DNA from: the human T2T-CHM13v2.0 reference genome, Homo sapiens
NCBI RefSeq assembly: GCF_009914755.1
Contig: NC_060938.1
DNA: 64,000 bases
Reading direction: 5' to 3' (one strand)
In this document: positions 19,619-39,890 of the stretch, in pieces
Layout of the letters: each line of letters begins with the position of its first letter
Position numbering within the stretch: position 1 is the first letter of the stretch
Position numbers and translations under genes: made by a program
Notes under the pieces: generated by a model
What the model saw: the letters and a program-made list of their open reading frames with translations, nothing else
Database searches by the model: none
Told to the model about the DNA's origin: nothing

Positions 19619-21480
19619 TGTAGTTTCTGCAATTGGCTTTCCTGGAAACATACTTGAAACCCAAAGTTGCATGCCAAAGATTTATTGGAGAGATCTCTAA
19701 GGAGATATATTTGCAAAGAGGAAAGGAAGACAATATTGGGCAGAGGGAGAAGCCAGTCCCCGGTGCATTTGCAACTGAGACTTTAGCCAATCCGGCAGGC
19801 AGCTCTGGAATGGAGATGGCCCTTCTGAGTTGTCTCAGATTGAGGTAATCTGGCTATGTGTTTGTACCTGCACATGAGCTAGGCTTTGTTTGCAGGTCAC
19901 CCCATCGCAGTGGAGATAGAGTTTGGCATGGTCGTTTTCTACGGCAAAGGGCAGAGAGAGACACAGCTGCAAGCTATCAGTTAATATTCCCAGCAGCTGG
20001 GGTTAGATGAGCCAACCCTGAAGAGATTCTGTGGAGCACCACAGAATTCACCAAAGCCTGCCACCACACCTCACAATTCCACTTGTTTCTTACAAGTTTG
20101 CCCCATCTAAGAGTAGCTTATCCAGGAGTTTGTTTGGGAAACCCCCATGTTTTCTGGACAACTTAAAAAGGTTAGTGTGATGGTGTCCAGCCTCTGAAGC
20201 TGCCACAAAATATCTTAGGGTCATAACTGATACTCATTATCCTCCTGCACTGTCCACCCTCATTCAACACCTCTGTTGGTCTAGGCAGCTTGCCTGGTGG
20301 GGTAACCCCAGCCTTCATTCCTGAAGAATCTGAGCCTCTAGTTACCATTACCCTTCTCCGGTGGTGGCTGTTGATGGTATCCATTTACTTGTAACAAAAG
20401 GGCATGGGAAAACCAAGAGAGGCTCCATGGATTGCCTGAGTGCCAAACACATTCTTTACTGCCCCTACTGTGGAGTAGTAGCCCTACATTCTTCTGACGA
20501 TCAGGAACAATTACTTTTTGCCAGGATAGTGATTCCTTTTCTTGCTTGCTAGTCTCTTGTAAAATAGAGCCCAAAGTGACCAGGTAACAGCTGGAGCTCA
20601 AAATGCAATACTTTTTTTTTAAATTTTATTAAGTTCCGGGATACATGTGCAAGTTTGTTACATAGGTAAACATATGCCATGGTGGTTTGATGCACCTATC
20701 AACCCATCACCTAGGTATTAAGCCCTGCATGCATTAGCTATTTATCCTGATGCTCTACCTCACCCTGCCACTACCCCTCACCCCAACAAGCCCCAGCATG
20801 TCTTGTGCCCCTCCCTGTGTCCATGTGTTCTCATGAAATGCAATACTTTTATTATGTGCTTTGGTAATAGCGCCTCCAGATCCACAAAACCCAAAGCAAG
20901 GATAGAAAGTACAGATTTCTCAAAAGTACAATTTCTCAAATCACTTCCTGGAAGTGATGATATAAAGGGACATTCCTATACCATTCCTTGGTTCCCAAAC
21001 CCTTGTATTCTATTAGGGATACAGAAGTACCATATAATGGGTTATCTCACATCCTGGGATATGGTACCAACCAAACTCACAGGGTATCGTCTCCAAGACG
21101 GAGGCTCAGATACATTTGTAAGAGTCTGTTCCACCATCCTATCAGGCTGGATGGCTTCTGGGGATATAGTATATGATAGAACCAGCAGACCCCATGGCCC
21201 TGTGCCACAGCTGCACCCCTTTGTTATAAAGTGGGTCCCTAGGTAAAGTCTGAAAGAGTTCAGCTCACAATGGGCAGCTCTAGGTATGTGGCTACTTGAT
21301 GTCTCATGGTCATATGCTCTAACCCTACCACGGCCCAGTAGCCCACAGAGCTGCTTTTTAACTGGTTTGTAGTTCTTTGCAGCAGAAGGCATGGCTTTGT
21401 ACCAGAACCCCCCAGATGTCTAATGTGATTGTCCTTTCGGGACTTGACATGAACTTCAAATGACATTTTTTCCCCATGAC
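19619..21480 (-). mobile_element. MaLR/ERVL-type LTR (~19619-20043) plus internal pol-like remnants
   Basis: Minus-strand peptides resemble ERVL pol: PSAAKNYKPVKKQL, YWAVVGLEHMTMRHQVATYLELPI, VGLLLHSRGSKECVWHSGNP, SGMKAGVTPPGKLPRPTEVL. Confidence 0.75.
20616..20835 (-). mobile_element. Short L1PA 3' end inserted in the ERVL-like internal region
   Basis: L1 3'UTR; TSD aaatgcaatactttt at 20601-20615 and 20836-20850. Confidence 0.9.
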
Positions 21481-23170
21481 AAGTACCTCTAATACGTGCA
21501 TTTTGAATGGTGGCAATATTGCCCACAAAAGAGCAAAAATAGATTCTTGGGTGGAAAAAAACTCTTAAATATCATAATAGTTTGTGGTTCTCCAAAGCTC
21601 GATCCTACCTGACAATATCTTATTCCTTATATCATTTCTCTTATTGGGTTTTCTTAGGCATTACTTGAGCAATATTGACATTGACTTTATGGAAAATACA
21701 CAAAAGGTATAAAAAGATCAATGCTACAAAACTATGGTGAATAGATGGCTGTGATTGGCAGACTTTCTTTTGATGGATTGCTCTGTCTTGAGGTTGTGTG
21801 GTGAGAGGTGTACTCTGTGTCTATTGGCCACCATTGGCTACCTTGTGGGTACTGTCTATGTTTGACCCTCAGTGCTATTGTGTATGACTTGGACTTTGAG
21901 AATTAAGTAAAAATAGTTTACACATTATTATTTAATTCTACAAAAGTCATTCAACCCATCATTAATTTTGTCAACTGCTGAAAAGAAATATTGAGAATAT
22001 CTTTCTGAATATCTGACTATGATTTTATTGAAAGCCCATTAAACTCAAGACAGTCTATGTGTCTTATATTGTAATAGTTCTTAATAAAGAAGGTAAACTT
22101 ACAGAGTATTTCAAAAATTTCAAACAGAATTTTGAGCAATGTAACACTGCTACTTCCTTAGTTAAGAACACATGAACAAATGAGGATGAAATGATTGGGT
22201 CTTAAAAAGTTGCAGAAATCCTTACAAAACCTGGTCATGCTCATACATTTGCCTAGACTGCAATTTCAATAGTGATGAAGCAAAATCCAGTATTTTGAAA
22301 GAACTGCCATTGAGCAAGAATTCAATTCAAAGACATATGTATGAGTTGTTAGTTAACATTTAAAAGCAGTTAATTGGCACATTCAAAACAAGAAAAAATT
22401 TCTATTCAAATTGATGAAAGTTACAATAAAACCCTCCTAATGGCAATTGTTTGTTGTCTCAATGATGATTGTGTATTGCAAGAAGGGATGTTTGTAAGTT
22501 CTTTAGAAACTGACTATACTAGAACATCGATTTTTGCTACTATAAAGTTTTTGTTTAATACAACACAAGTGCCATTGGAGAATCAGGTGTCCAGTGCTTC
22601 TGATGGAGCAAATTCCGTGGCTGGAAGACACAAAGGTTTATAGCTCACCTGAAAGAAGTATGTCTTAATGTTCTTGCATTAAACTGCATTGTTCATCTAG
22701 ATCAACTGGTTGCAAAAATGTTAGCCCAGTTCTTTATCACTCTCTCACTGTAATAATTAAAACCATCAGTAAAATATAGTCACATAGTAAGTCACATTTT
22801 CTGCCTTTTCAGAAAATTAAGTGTTGTTAAGAAACAGTATATAAGGTCTCGATGTAGAAAAGTCAGATGTTTTTCTGAAGAAACCTGTCAACAAAATTTG
22901 TAAACTTTTTTGATATAATTCATTTTTTTAGAAAGTGAATGAGACACAAATTTAGCAAAGGAAATCCGCAAACACAAAAAATAGCTTATATTTATTGGTT
23001 GGATTTTTCAGAAACTTAGTGAAGTATCATTTCAACTTCAGACAAAGTTTAATTTGCATGTTAGCAGCCTTCACTGGAAATATTTTAAAACAATATAATG
23101 AGAAAATAATTGCATGGTATTCAGGAGTTAGTTGAAATCAAGATCACTCACTAAGAATAAGCTTAGAAAT
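21480..23170 (+). mobile_element. hAT (Charlie/Buster-type) DNA transposon fossil
   Basis: SIQIDES...ASDGANSVAGRHKG in ORF 22374-22643, then after a frameshift IAHLKEVCLNVLALNCIVH (CxxH); many stops. Confidence 0.82.
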
Positions 23171-23179
23171 TATTCAGGC

Positions 23180-23474
23180 AGGCCGGGCATGGTGGCTCAC
23201 GCCTGTAATCCCAGCACTTTGGGAGGCCAAGGTGGGTGTTCACCTGAGCTGAAGAGCTGGAGACCAGCCTGGGCAATATGGTGAAAATTCGTCTCTCCAA
23301 AAAAAACAAAAACAAAAATTAGCCAGGTGTGGTGGAGTGGGCCTGAGGCTACTCAGGAGGCTGAGGTGAGAGGATCACTTGATTCCAAAAGGCTGAGGTT
23401 GCTGTGAGCCAAGATTGCGCTACCACACTCTAGCCTGGGTGACTGAGTGAGACCCTGTCTCAAAAAAAAAAAAA
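23180..23474 (+). mobile_element. Alu
   Basis: Sense dimer; TSD aattattcag. Confidence 0.9.
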
Positions 23475-24679
23475 GGAATTATTCAGACAGTTTAAGATAA
23501 ACTTCTAACCACAAAGCAACCTAGAACAGCATGGTTTAAGAGGAGCCAAAATCCAGAAAACAGTACTCATTGTCTTGTAATCCTGTATGACATTTTGCTA
23601 GTAGAAGTCACCACCTGTTTAGGCAGGAATTCCAATTCCCTAAAGATTTTTGAGAATCCCAGAGGAATGTCTTGCATGCATTAATTAAGTAGTCCAGGTC
23701 ATTCACTCTCCTAACTGTGGCTGGCCTCTGCCATGCTTGGGCTCTGGTGCAGCTAAATGCCGGCTGGAGCTCTGCTTACACGCAGCTGCTGGCCTCTGCT
23801 ATGTTCATGTTTTACACCAGGTACAGATCCTTGCTAGCCCCTCCAGCTACCAGTGCTCTCAATCCTTGCTAAGTTGTAATAGCACAGCAGCAGTGAGTTG
23901 CTAGGTGAGAAAGGAAACAGTTTTCTCCCTTCTGTGTTAAACTATGTTAAAGGGTCCCACAGCAACATTTCTTAGAACCTAATGTGTTTAAAACCAACAA
24001 AAAACCCAGAACTGCTCTTCAATCCCTTAGCTTTTGTTGCTAAATCCAATTCACACCAGGCTTTTTCCCTATAGGGCAAATTGTCTGTGAGATTCAGCTG
24101 GTTTTTTTTGTTCTATTTTGCTCTCATTAGATTCTTCATTATCTAAAAGTTCCTGTGTATGCTTGAGATCCAATTATTGATGCTATCCCAGTTATTTTCC
24201 CAAAAGGCTTATCAGCAACCTTATAAATCAAATCAAATGGAATAGATGTACATGGAAAGGAAGGTGCCTATTTCTGTCCCCATAGCTGTATTGGAATCTT
24301 AGTTTTGGCCAACCCAGAAATGCCCTATTATATTTTCAAAATAAATATTTGTAAAATATTTTACTAGGCAACTTAATATATATTTAAAAGGAAAAAAACT
24401 AAAACAGGATTCTGGAGATTTGAATCCTAGTCTTATCACTAATTTTCTTTGTAAACTCCTGCCATAAACCTATTTCTTAGTGCAATGTATTAAATAGTTT
24501 TGCATGGTGGCTTTGAAAATCAAATAAGGAGATGGATGCAAATGCACTTTGAAAATATTAAATGTTCAATTCAAATGTGAAGAATTCTTATCTTTGTAAT
24601 ACTTAACAAAAATTTGGTCTTTGACTCTAATTGTCCACCTATTTAGTTATAATACTCACTCTACGTTTCTCAGTCTTAA

Positions 24680-24979
24680 TTTTCTTTTTTTTTTTTTGAG
24701 ACAGAGTCTCACTCTGTCGCCCAGGCTGGAGTGCAGTGGCATGATCTTGGCTCACTGCAAGCTCCGCCTTCTGGGTTCACGCGACTCTCCTGCCTCAGCG
24801 TCCTGAGTAGCTGGGACTACAGGTGCCCGCCACCACGCCTGGCTAATTTTTTTGTATTTTTAGTAGAGATGGGGTTTCACCGTGTTAGTCAGGATGGTCT
24901 TGATCTCCTGATCTCGTGATCCACCCGCCTCGGCCTCCCAAAGTGCTGGGATTACAGGCTTGAGCTACCATGCCTGGCC
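24680..24979 (-). mobile_element. AluY-like
   Basis: gcaagctccgcc / caggatggtct diagnostics; TSD tctcagtcttaatttt. Confidence 0.92.
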
Positions 24980-25605
24980 TCTCAGTCTTAATTTTCTAAG
25001 GACTGTGTAAAATAAATTATTTTAAAGGAGCTTTGTCATAAAATGTTAGAGCTAGAACAGAATTGGAGATCATATGCTCAAATCCCTTATTTTAGGATGA
25101 AAAAAGTGAAGCATAAAGAAGGAAGTGTTATCAGAATTGTGGATGGTGGAACAGGTCAAGAACTCAAGATCCTGATCCATAAATAGCAATCACTTCACCA
25201 CATCCTAAAAGACTGTCCTCAAGGATACTAATTCTCCCTTTTCTGGGATTAGTTAACACAGCAATTATCCAACATGGGTTTCACTGAGCTTCCAAGTAAG
25301 CTATTTATTTATTCACACCATTCCTTATTTCCAGAGCTTCTACACACCAGTGCTCCTGGAACTCTTTTTAGGGCAGCAACAAAATGATATTTATTGAGCT
25401 CCTTTGCTGTGTTATGCACAGAAGGTACTGCAGATATAGCATTTAATAAGACAGACAAATTACTGCCATAATAGAGCATATATTTTACCAAAATACTGAC
25501 CATAAAAGTAACATATGTATTAAAATAAAAGTAAGTTATTCTCCCAAGCTTATAGGACACACAGCTAATGTTCTTCTTGATAGTGTATTTCTTTAGTTGG
25601 AAGGC

Positions 25606-26140
25606 TAATGGAACATTTCTTCTCCCTAGTGGACCAACATTCAAGTTTCAGGTTTCCTAGAGGTAGTTTCCAAGTCCTTAAGCCATTTAAGAATATGTCT
25701 ATGGATGCCCACATGCATTATGAGAAATACCTGTATGTCTCAGTTATCTTCCTCAGACTCAATGACACATGTATTTTTGCTAATACTCTCAGCGGCATTC
25801 ATCCCCTAAACATGGAACAGCCCTTGCTAGGGCAGGAAAGAGCAAGGAACACATTTTTAACATCTGGGTCTGGCCATTTCATTTTTCCTCTGCGTTCTGG
25901 AGCGGGGATAATTCATTCAGCTATTTTATCTTCCTGAATTTTCCTCCTTTTCGCCAGCTGACAGTTAACTGCTATATATATTCTTCTGGTTGGGGTACTG
26001 GAAGCAGGGTGCGTAAAGTACCGAAGAATGGAGCTGGGATCCGGGAGTCAATGGGCCATAGGCAGAGACGAGATGAACAACCATAGGCTAAGGTGTAGAT
26101 AAAATCCGGGTGATCAACCAATTGACAGTTGAACTGTAGT
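25606..26140 (-). ncRNA. HIF1A-AS1: HIF1A antisense RNA 1, exon 2 (3' end approximate)
   Basis: Minus-strand acceptor tcctcaccag|ACTACAGTTCAACTG; body (GGTTGTTCATCTCGTCTCTGC..., AATGTGTTCCTTGCTCTT) recognised as HIF1A-AS1. Confidence 0.72.
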
Positions 26141-29100
26141 CTGGTGAGGATCGCATGAAGGAAAGGAACAGAAATTAGAAGAGCAATACAGTGAACAGGT
26201 GGTGAGCCTCTTTATGACAGTATCATTTCTAACAAACTTTATGGAGGTAAAATTTACATACAATAAAATAACTCATTTTGTGTGAGCTTGATTTAAGATA
26301 TGCATACATTCATGTATCCACCACTACACCAATATAATATAATAGTGTTTTAGGGTGGACTTCTGTTATTCCAAGGCATAGTTTTCTCAGCTTATTTCCT
26401 CCCACAGTTCCTCAGATAGCCAAGCACTGGGATTTGTCTTTGCTCCAGCAGCAAGTATCAATGAAGTATCAATAGCAACAAGATCTTGAGGCAAGCAAAC
26501 TCTTGTTCCTGAACCGAGTTGCAATAGATCTCGCTAAGAGGATCTGGAACAGGGCTTGGAGAATGTCTGTGCAGCAAAATCAGAAAATGTTCTGTTTGCC
26601 TGGTCACATGGGGGATGTGGTAGAGACAGTCAGTTCAAGAATCCAGATGCTTGTCTGTCTAAACACAGATACAACCCACTGGATGGTCTTCCTTTTGTCT
26701 CTTATGATCCTAGAAGAGCAGACAAAAAGTGAGGGGCGGAGGTATAGTCAGGACTAGAAAGTGTTGGTCCAGGTAACGTTAGAGGGTGTCTGCAATTCCC
26801 AAGATCCACCCCAAAACTTGGCACATTGTACCTATTTAATATCATGATCCCTGTAATAAGATAATCCTGTGAAGTTCTGGCTTACTTGATACTGCCATGT
26901 AATTTACACTCACACAAGAGAGTAGCTAACCTGTCTTTGCAAGTCCAGGTATAAAATTAATCAACTTCTTGTGACTGCTTCTGCTTCTTCGTAGACAAGT
27001 TCCGACACACTTAACCAAAGGAAACTTTATAAGTTTTCCAATATAAGAGCCAAACAGCTAATGTTCCTTCATTACCCACAAAAAAAAATCAAAGGGAAAA
27101 CATTATCCACCCAAAATTTGGAAAATATGAATTGCCAGTGGCTTAGGGCACATGGGAAGAAAACCAAGTTAGGATAAATATTAAGCTATGTATGATCCTT
27201 CTTTCTTTTCTGCTGTAATTCTTCCATTACAGTTTTTCATTTTAAAATAGTAAAAATCCTCAAATAAAAAAGATACAACTTGTAGTGAAAATTAACAGTT
27301 AGGGGAAAAAATAACTTTTAAATGCCACGTTCACTGGCATTTTCAATGTTTTGATAGCGTTTTTCTTCCTGATAGAAACCACAGTTGTTTTTGGGAGAAT
27401 GACTGTGTCACAATAGCTTATAGAAGTAAAAGCTTGTGTCCTAAGATTTATTTTGAGATTCTCTCACCTACTCTCCATCACCTGACTGCCTGTATTATTA
27501 TTATACGAGAAAAAGAGTTTTCTTCGTAGCATTGAAACAAAATAGGATGGAAATGCACAAAAATTCTGGAAGATTCACCAATTAACAAGAGTTATTGTTC
27601 AGCAGTGTTTTGGCAGAAGTTCAGCAGACTGTATATAGAACTTGAAGATGTTTCTCCTGTAGAGACATATGAACACATTTAAATTTTGGCCCCAAATAAA
27701 AAAATAACTATATAATATTAATTCATGTCATGGTAGCTTGGTCAAAATCTAGCAGGTGAATTCTATAGTAGAAGAATTCTTAGATTCATTGGCTATTTTT
27801 CACCCTTTGCTTTCATAAAAACCAGATATATCTAAGCTGGTTTGAACTGGATTTTGAAATTGTTAGTCATTTACGATAAAGAGATATAGTGTCCTTGCTG
27901 CTGAAAAATGATGTATGAGATGCGAAATCATTGTAGTCACTCCATAGATAGTAAGGACAAAGGAAAGAAAAACCCTAATCTTCTAACTGGTTGGAATAGT
28001 GAATATAGGTGGAAAGTAATTTTCTCTATTTACCTCTCATTTAAGGTTGATAGCTTTCACAAACAGATAAGGAAATTGATATGGTGGGGTTTTCCTGAAG
28101 CAAACTAATATCTAAGGTTCTCATTCTATAAAAGTTTGTCTTCCTAGCTATTAAATGTCTCCTTGCTAACCTGCCTAGAGAAATCTAATTTTATTTGCAA
28201 TTAAATGTAAAAGATACTTGTTTATAAATATTAATGCCACATTAATTTTTAAATTCTTGTGATTTTGTTGACTTTATTATACATCTGTTTACTTTATAAA
28301 ATATTTTTATATCATATAAATATTTATATTTAAAATATTTCATATTTTAAATATTTTACATATCATACATCTGCTTATTTTATAATATTTAAAATATTAA
28401 ACATTTGTTTTCAGCAATCCTCCCACCTTGATCTCCCAAAGTGCTGGGATTACAGGCATGAGCCATTATGCCTGTCCTTTTATGTTTATTAATATGATAT
28501 GTATGATATATAAAATGTTAAATATTTAAAAAATAAACAGATGTAGAATATAGAAAAAATTTAAAATATTAGATGTATGTGAATTTGTAGGAAATAATCT
28601 CCAACAATATTGTAATATGAAATACATTCAGCAGATAGACAAAGCATAAACTATTCTATCATTTGTACATAAAGGAAAGGACACTAAACACAGATATTTT
28701 GGTATACTAAATGAATACCTCTGACAGGTACACAAATAATTGATAGCAGCAGTGACCTCTAGAGAGAAGGAAGAGGCAAAGGAAGTCAGGAGAACTTTTG
28801 TGGTATTTGCTCATTTGCTGTATTTGAAAAAATTTTAACTAAATGTAAAACATATCCAAAAAACACACATGTAGTTATATCACTCAATTTTCTCTCATTC
28901 TAAAACTGACACTCCAGGAAGATGAACTATGTTTTTTCCCCTGCAGTAATTCCCCCCACCTCCACATTCCATAGATGTGAGCATTTCGTACACACTATTA
29001 TCGCAGTTGGAGTAGAATAAAGGAGCGACATGGTCTATAATCCTATTTCAACTGCTTCCTAGATTTTGGCTTTGTATTTGACCATACCTCTTTGACCATT

Positions 29101-29416
29101 AACTTACTGATGCATAATGTGATTACTAGAATTCCTACCTCATAGGGCTGTCACGATGCTTAAAGGAAAGAGCATATCTAAAATGCTTATTACAGTGTTT
29201 GGAATGTAGCAGGTGCTCAAGAAATGATTGTTCTTGTGTGCTGGGCACCGATCCTAGATTATGGGACTGCCAAGATAAAAGTGTTCCAGCCCATAAGGAG
29301 CTCACACTCTATCTACAGTTGCACACAAACCTGCAGATTAAACCAAAATATATGTCTGACTCAGTAGAATGGACACAATATATTGAATTAATGAATTATA
29401 AAATGATATAATCTAA

Positions 29417-30110
<694 letters not shown>

Positions 30111-30561
30111 TTTTCTGTTTATTAATATACCAACTTACAGCTAGCTACGCTATTTACTCTTCAGCTATTGAAACTGATCATTTTAACAATTTAAAATTAA
30201 TTTTATGAGTGAAGAAATATATTGAAATCCTGTAAGTGTCTGAATCAGGGGAGACTATTACCATTAATTTTCAAAAATGCAACTCTGTTCTTTGTTATGT
30301 CTTCTTTTTCTAGAAATGTAATATCTTATGGAACTGTGGCTTTTAAGAATCTTCCAATTGACTTTGATGTTGGAGAAATACCAAATATCATTTTCCTTTC
30401 TAGTCAGAATATAGTGAATGGGATGTTTTATTAAGGTTTATTCTTACACATCAACCCTTTTGCTTCATTCAGAAAGATAGGAAAACGTGACTTTGGTTAA
30501 GAAAAAAAGGGGGATATTCATTTTGAAAGTGGCCTTGGATTAATTTTAAAAAAGGTATTCA

Positions 30562-36410
<5,849 letters not shown>

Positions 36411-36549
36411 CCTTGGTGTTCCTTTGTAAATTCATCTTAAAAATATTTATCATAATTGAAAAGTGCTAATATCAAATTTTCAGTCTGTTTATATTCCCCC
36501 TAAACTCAGATAAATATACATTTTATTTTGTGTGTCTGTGTGTGTGGGT

Positions 36550-36842
36550 TTTGTTGTTGTTTGTTTTTTGTGTTTTTTTTTAAGATATAGGGTCTTGCTC
36601 TGTCAAGGCTGGAGTGCAGTGGCACAATCGTACATCTCTGCAGCCTCGAACTCCTGGGAGAAAGTGATCCTCCCGCTTTAGCCTTCAGAGTAGCTACGAC
36701 TACAGGCACTAACCACCAAGCCCAGCTAATTTTTAAAATTTTTTGTAGAGATGGGAGTTTCACTTTGTTGCCCAGGCTGGTCTCAAACTCTTGGCCTCAA
36801 GTGATCCTCCTGCCTCAGCCTCCCAAAATGTTGGAATCACAG
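36550..36842 (-). mobile_element. AluJ-like, preceded by a short (GT)n
   Basis: Antisense dimer. Confidence 0.88.
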
Positions 36843-37449
36843 ATACTTTGTGTCTTGATTCTTGAAAGGAAAAAACAAAGATTTTTAATGCCTCTTATCT
36901 TGTATGCACTTTCCTTCCAAACAATACCCTTTTGCTGCCATTGTTCTCGTTATGAATAGCTTAAAGAAAAAGAAACAACTAAGGGTAGTAATAGGCCAGG
37001 AATCACTTACTGAATACTAGGTCTTCTTGTATAGTTTGATACCCTATAAATTGTGTGCATCTGATGCATTTCACCTTCAAAAGGCTCAATGCTCTGTATT
37101 ATTTAGTAGTAATCAAAATTTCAAGTTTTACTTAACCTCCTGATTCACTGCCCAATTTCCTAATAAATACGGGCTAAGGGTCAATGGGGTCATTTGCAAG
37201 TAATCTTGTAGTCTACTCAGAAAGTTCTGCAAAGTTAGAAAGTGATTAAATGACTGTTTGTTAAGATATACTTACATAGTAATAACCTAAATGCATTTGT
37301 TAAGTGGTTGTAGAGAGAGGGATTTAAAATTTTATCCTATATGAAATTTTCCTTTTTGGTGTCTGTTATTTAATAGGATTGTTTGAATTAGGGGATACTA
37401 TTTGGTGCCTTTGTAACTATATGAAAATTAGTTGGTTGAATATTACTGC

Positions 37450-37572
37450 TTTCCATGTTCATATTTATATTTGTATAGACATATATATATATACACATAT
37501 ACTACTTTCCTTTCCATTTTCATATTTATATTTGTGTATACACATATACATAAACATATATTTTATACATTT
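37450..37572. repeat. TA-rich low-complexity tract
   Basis: Imperfect (TA)n/(CATA)n. Confidence 0.7.
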
Positions 37573-37993
37573 TTGAAAAGGAAAATTAACTTAAGGGCAT
37601 ATTTAATGAATATTCACAAATTTTTTTGCTGATCAAATTATCATTCTGCTTTAAACTTTTGAAATGATCCAAAAAAATTTTAAATGACTTAGATTTACTG
37701 TTACAAAATGCTTGTCTTTTGATGTCACAAACATTATATACTATAATCACTGGCCAGAGATAATTGCTATAAGTATAATGAAAAGGGAAATGATGGAAGA
37801 TCTCTGCAGCTATCCTCATAAATGAGGGTGGGAACACGATGGGCAGTTCCAAAGTTGAAAATAGAGAATATATGTGGATTTATATTAACATAATTGGTAT
37901 TCTTGGATAGTTAAAAATGGCTAAACTGTAGGAGAAGCCCGAGTAATTACTGTTAACAGAGGAATAAATTTGAGGGCAATAATAATGATGATA

Positions 37994-38540
37994 GGCCAGG
38001 CACTGTGGCTCATGCCTGTAATCCCAGCACTTTGGGAACCCGAGGCGAGCGGACCACCTGAGGTCAGGAGTTCGAGAGCAGCCTGGCCAACATGGTGAAA
38101 CCTCGTCTCTACTAAAAATAGAAAAATTATCCGAGTGTGGTGGTGGGTGCCTGTAATCCCAGCTACTTGGGAGGCTGAGGCAGGAGAATCACTTGTACCT
38201 GGGAGGCGGAGTTGCAGTGAGCCGAAATCGCGCCACTGCGCTCCAGCCTGTGGGCCAGAGCGAGACTCCGCCTCAGAATAATAATAATGATAATAATAAT
38301 AACGCCACCAACAATACTAAGAGCTAACATTTACTGAGTGCTTACTATGCACCAGATATTGTTCTAAGTATACATTTATTATCTCATTTAACCATCCATA
38401 ATACTGTGGTATAGACACTTTTATATCCATTTTATAAATAAGTAAACTGAGTTATGGAGAGATTAAACGACTTGCCAGTAAGATTCAAAGCCTGTGTACA
38501 AGCTCACGCTTGATTCTGGAGCCAGTGTTCTTAACACAGT
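37994..38540. mobile_element. Sense Alu with (AAT)n tail (37994-38302) followed by MIR
   Basis: Alu dimer; MIR core ccattttataaataagtaaactgag. Confidence 0.85.
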
Positions 38541-39724
38541 ATCTTGAGAATGTTAAACTAAAAAGTTTTTAATTTACAGTATTCTTTCCACAATTAAAAA
38601 AGAAATTATGAGTAATTATTTTTAGTTCTTTCTTCTCTTCAGGCATTTCCCATGGTTCTTTTCAAGACATAATACATATCATTTAGTGTTGTAGATCTGA
38701 AAAAACAAAAGTAGCGTGAAGATCAAAAATTTTCTAAAGAGACGGAGTCTCGCTACGTTCCCTAGGCTGGAACACCCAGGCTTCTCCAGCCTCACACCTC
38801 TGAGTAGCTGGAACCACCCTGTCCGCTAAGGTCAATGTTTAATCGTATCTTTGTAGGTCTACTGACCAGTTAAAAAGAGGTGCTGTATACATTGGTTGTT
38901 GTCTTGTCAGAGTTTGATGCTTCTATATAGACCATTGTTTTTACATGCTAATACAATTGAAAGCCACTACAGATATTTATATTTACAACCCAAAGCTAGG
39001 TTTTAACAAGAAACTCATAAGGCAAAGGTGAGAAGTAAAATAATTTAGCGCCAAGTGGAGATATATGTGCAATGCTACTTTGTTGGGCTCAAAACATATT
39101 TTTCTTTTAGAAGACTGACAGGCTTGAAGTTTATGCCTCCAAAGACAAAAGTGATTACGTTTTGTTTAGTAGCTTGCAAAGTTGCCAAAGGCCATTTTTT
39201 CTACTCTTTCCCTGAAATTGGTTTATATGCTTATTAAAGTCATTTATACCTATTTGCAAATGCTTAACATAGTTTCAGATTTTAAGATTTCCCTGCAACT
39301 TTATTTCCCTTGAAGTTTACAGCAACAGGAGTTCATTTTTATTTTTAATTGCATTTATTCAGTAAGTAAACTCCGCCACAGAAAAACTTAGTAGACAAGG
39401 TGAGTTCCCCTGTGCTCCGTGGCAAAGAGTGCGGTGGGTGACATTGACCCATGGTTAGGTAATCTGGTAAGGAAAGACCCCGTTGTAACACATCTGAGCA
39501 ACGAGACCAAAGGAAGGGCTTGCTGCCACGAGGCGAAGTCTGCTTTTTTGAACAGAGAGCCCAGCAGAGTTGGGCGGCAATCGTGCCCAGCACTGAGGCC
39601 GAGGAGAAAGAGAGCAGGAGCATTACATTACTGCACCAAGAGTAGGAAAATATGATGCATGTTTGGGACCAGGCAACCGAAATCCCTTCTCAGCAGCGCC
39701 TCCCAAAGCCGGGCACCGCCTTCC

Positions 39725-39733
39725 TTCGGAGAA
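39725..39733 (+). promoter_or_regulatory. GAS/STAT element
   Basis: TTCGGAGAA = TTCN3GAA in the proximal promoter. Confidence 0.6.
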
Positions 39734-39773
39734 GGCGCAGAGTCCCCAGACTCGGGCTGAGCCGCACCCCCAT

Positions 39774-39796
39774 CTCCTTTCTCTTTCCTCCGCCGC
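39774..39796 (-). other. Purine-rich triplex-forming tract in the HIF1A-AS1 intron
   Basis: Minus strand GCGGCGGAGGAAAGAGAAAGGAG, about 480 nt past the AS1 donor; matches my recollection of the reported triplex-forming region. Confidence 0.6.
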
Positions 39797-39809
39797 TAAA
39801 CACAGACGA

Positions 39810-39817
39810 GCACGTGA
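39810..39817. promoter_or_regulatory. E-box / HRE core
   Basis: gCACGTGa; contains RCGTG on both strands. Confidence 0.65.
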
Positions 39818-39860
39818 GCGTCGCAGCCCGTCCCAGCTGTGCCTCAGCTGACCGCCTCCT

Positions 39861-39868
39861 GATTGGCT
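39861..39868 (-). promoter_or_regulatory. CCAAT box (NF-Y)
   Basis: GATTGGCT = AGCCAATC on the minus strand. Confidence 0.6.
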
Positions 39869-39890
39869 GAGAGCGGCGTGGGCTGGGGTG

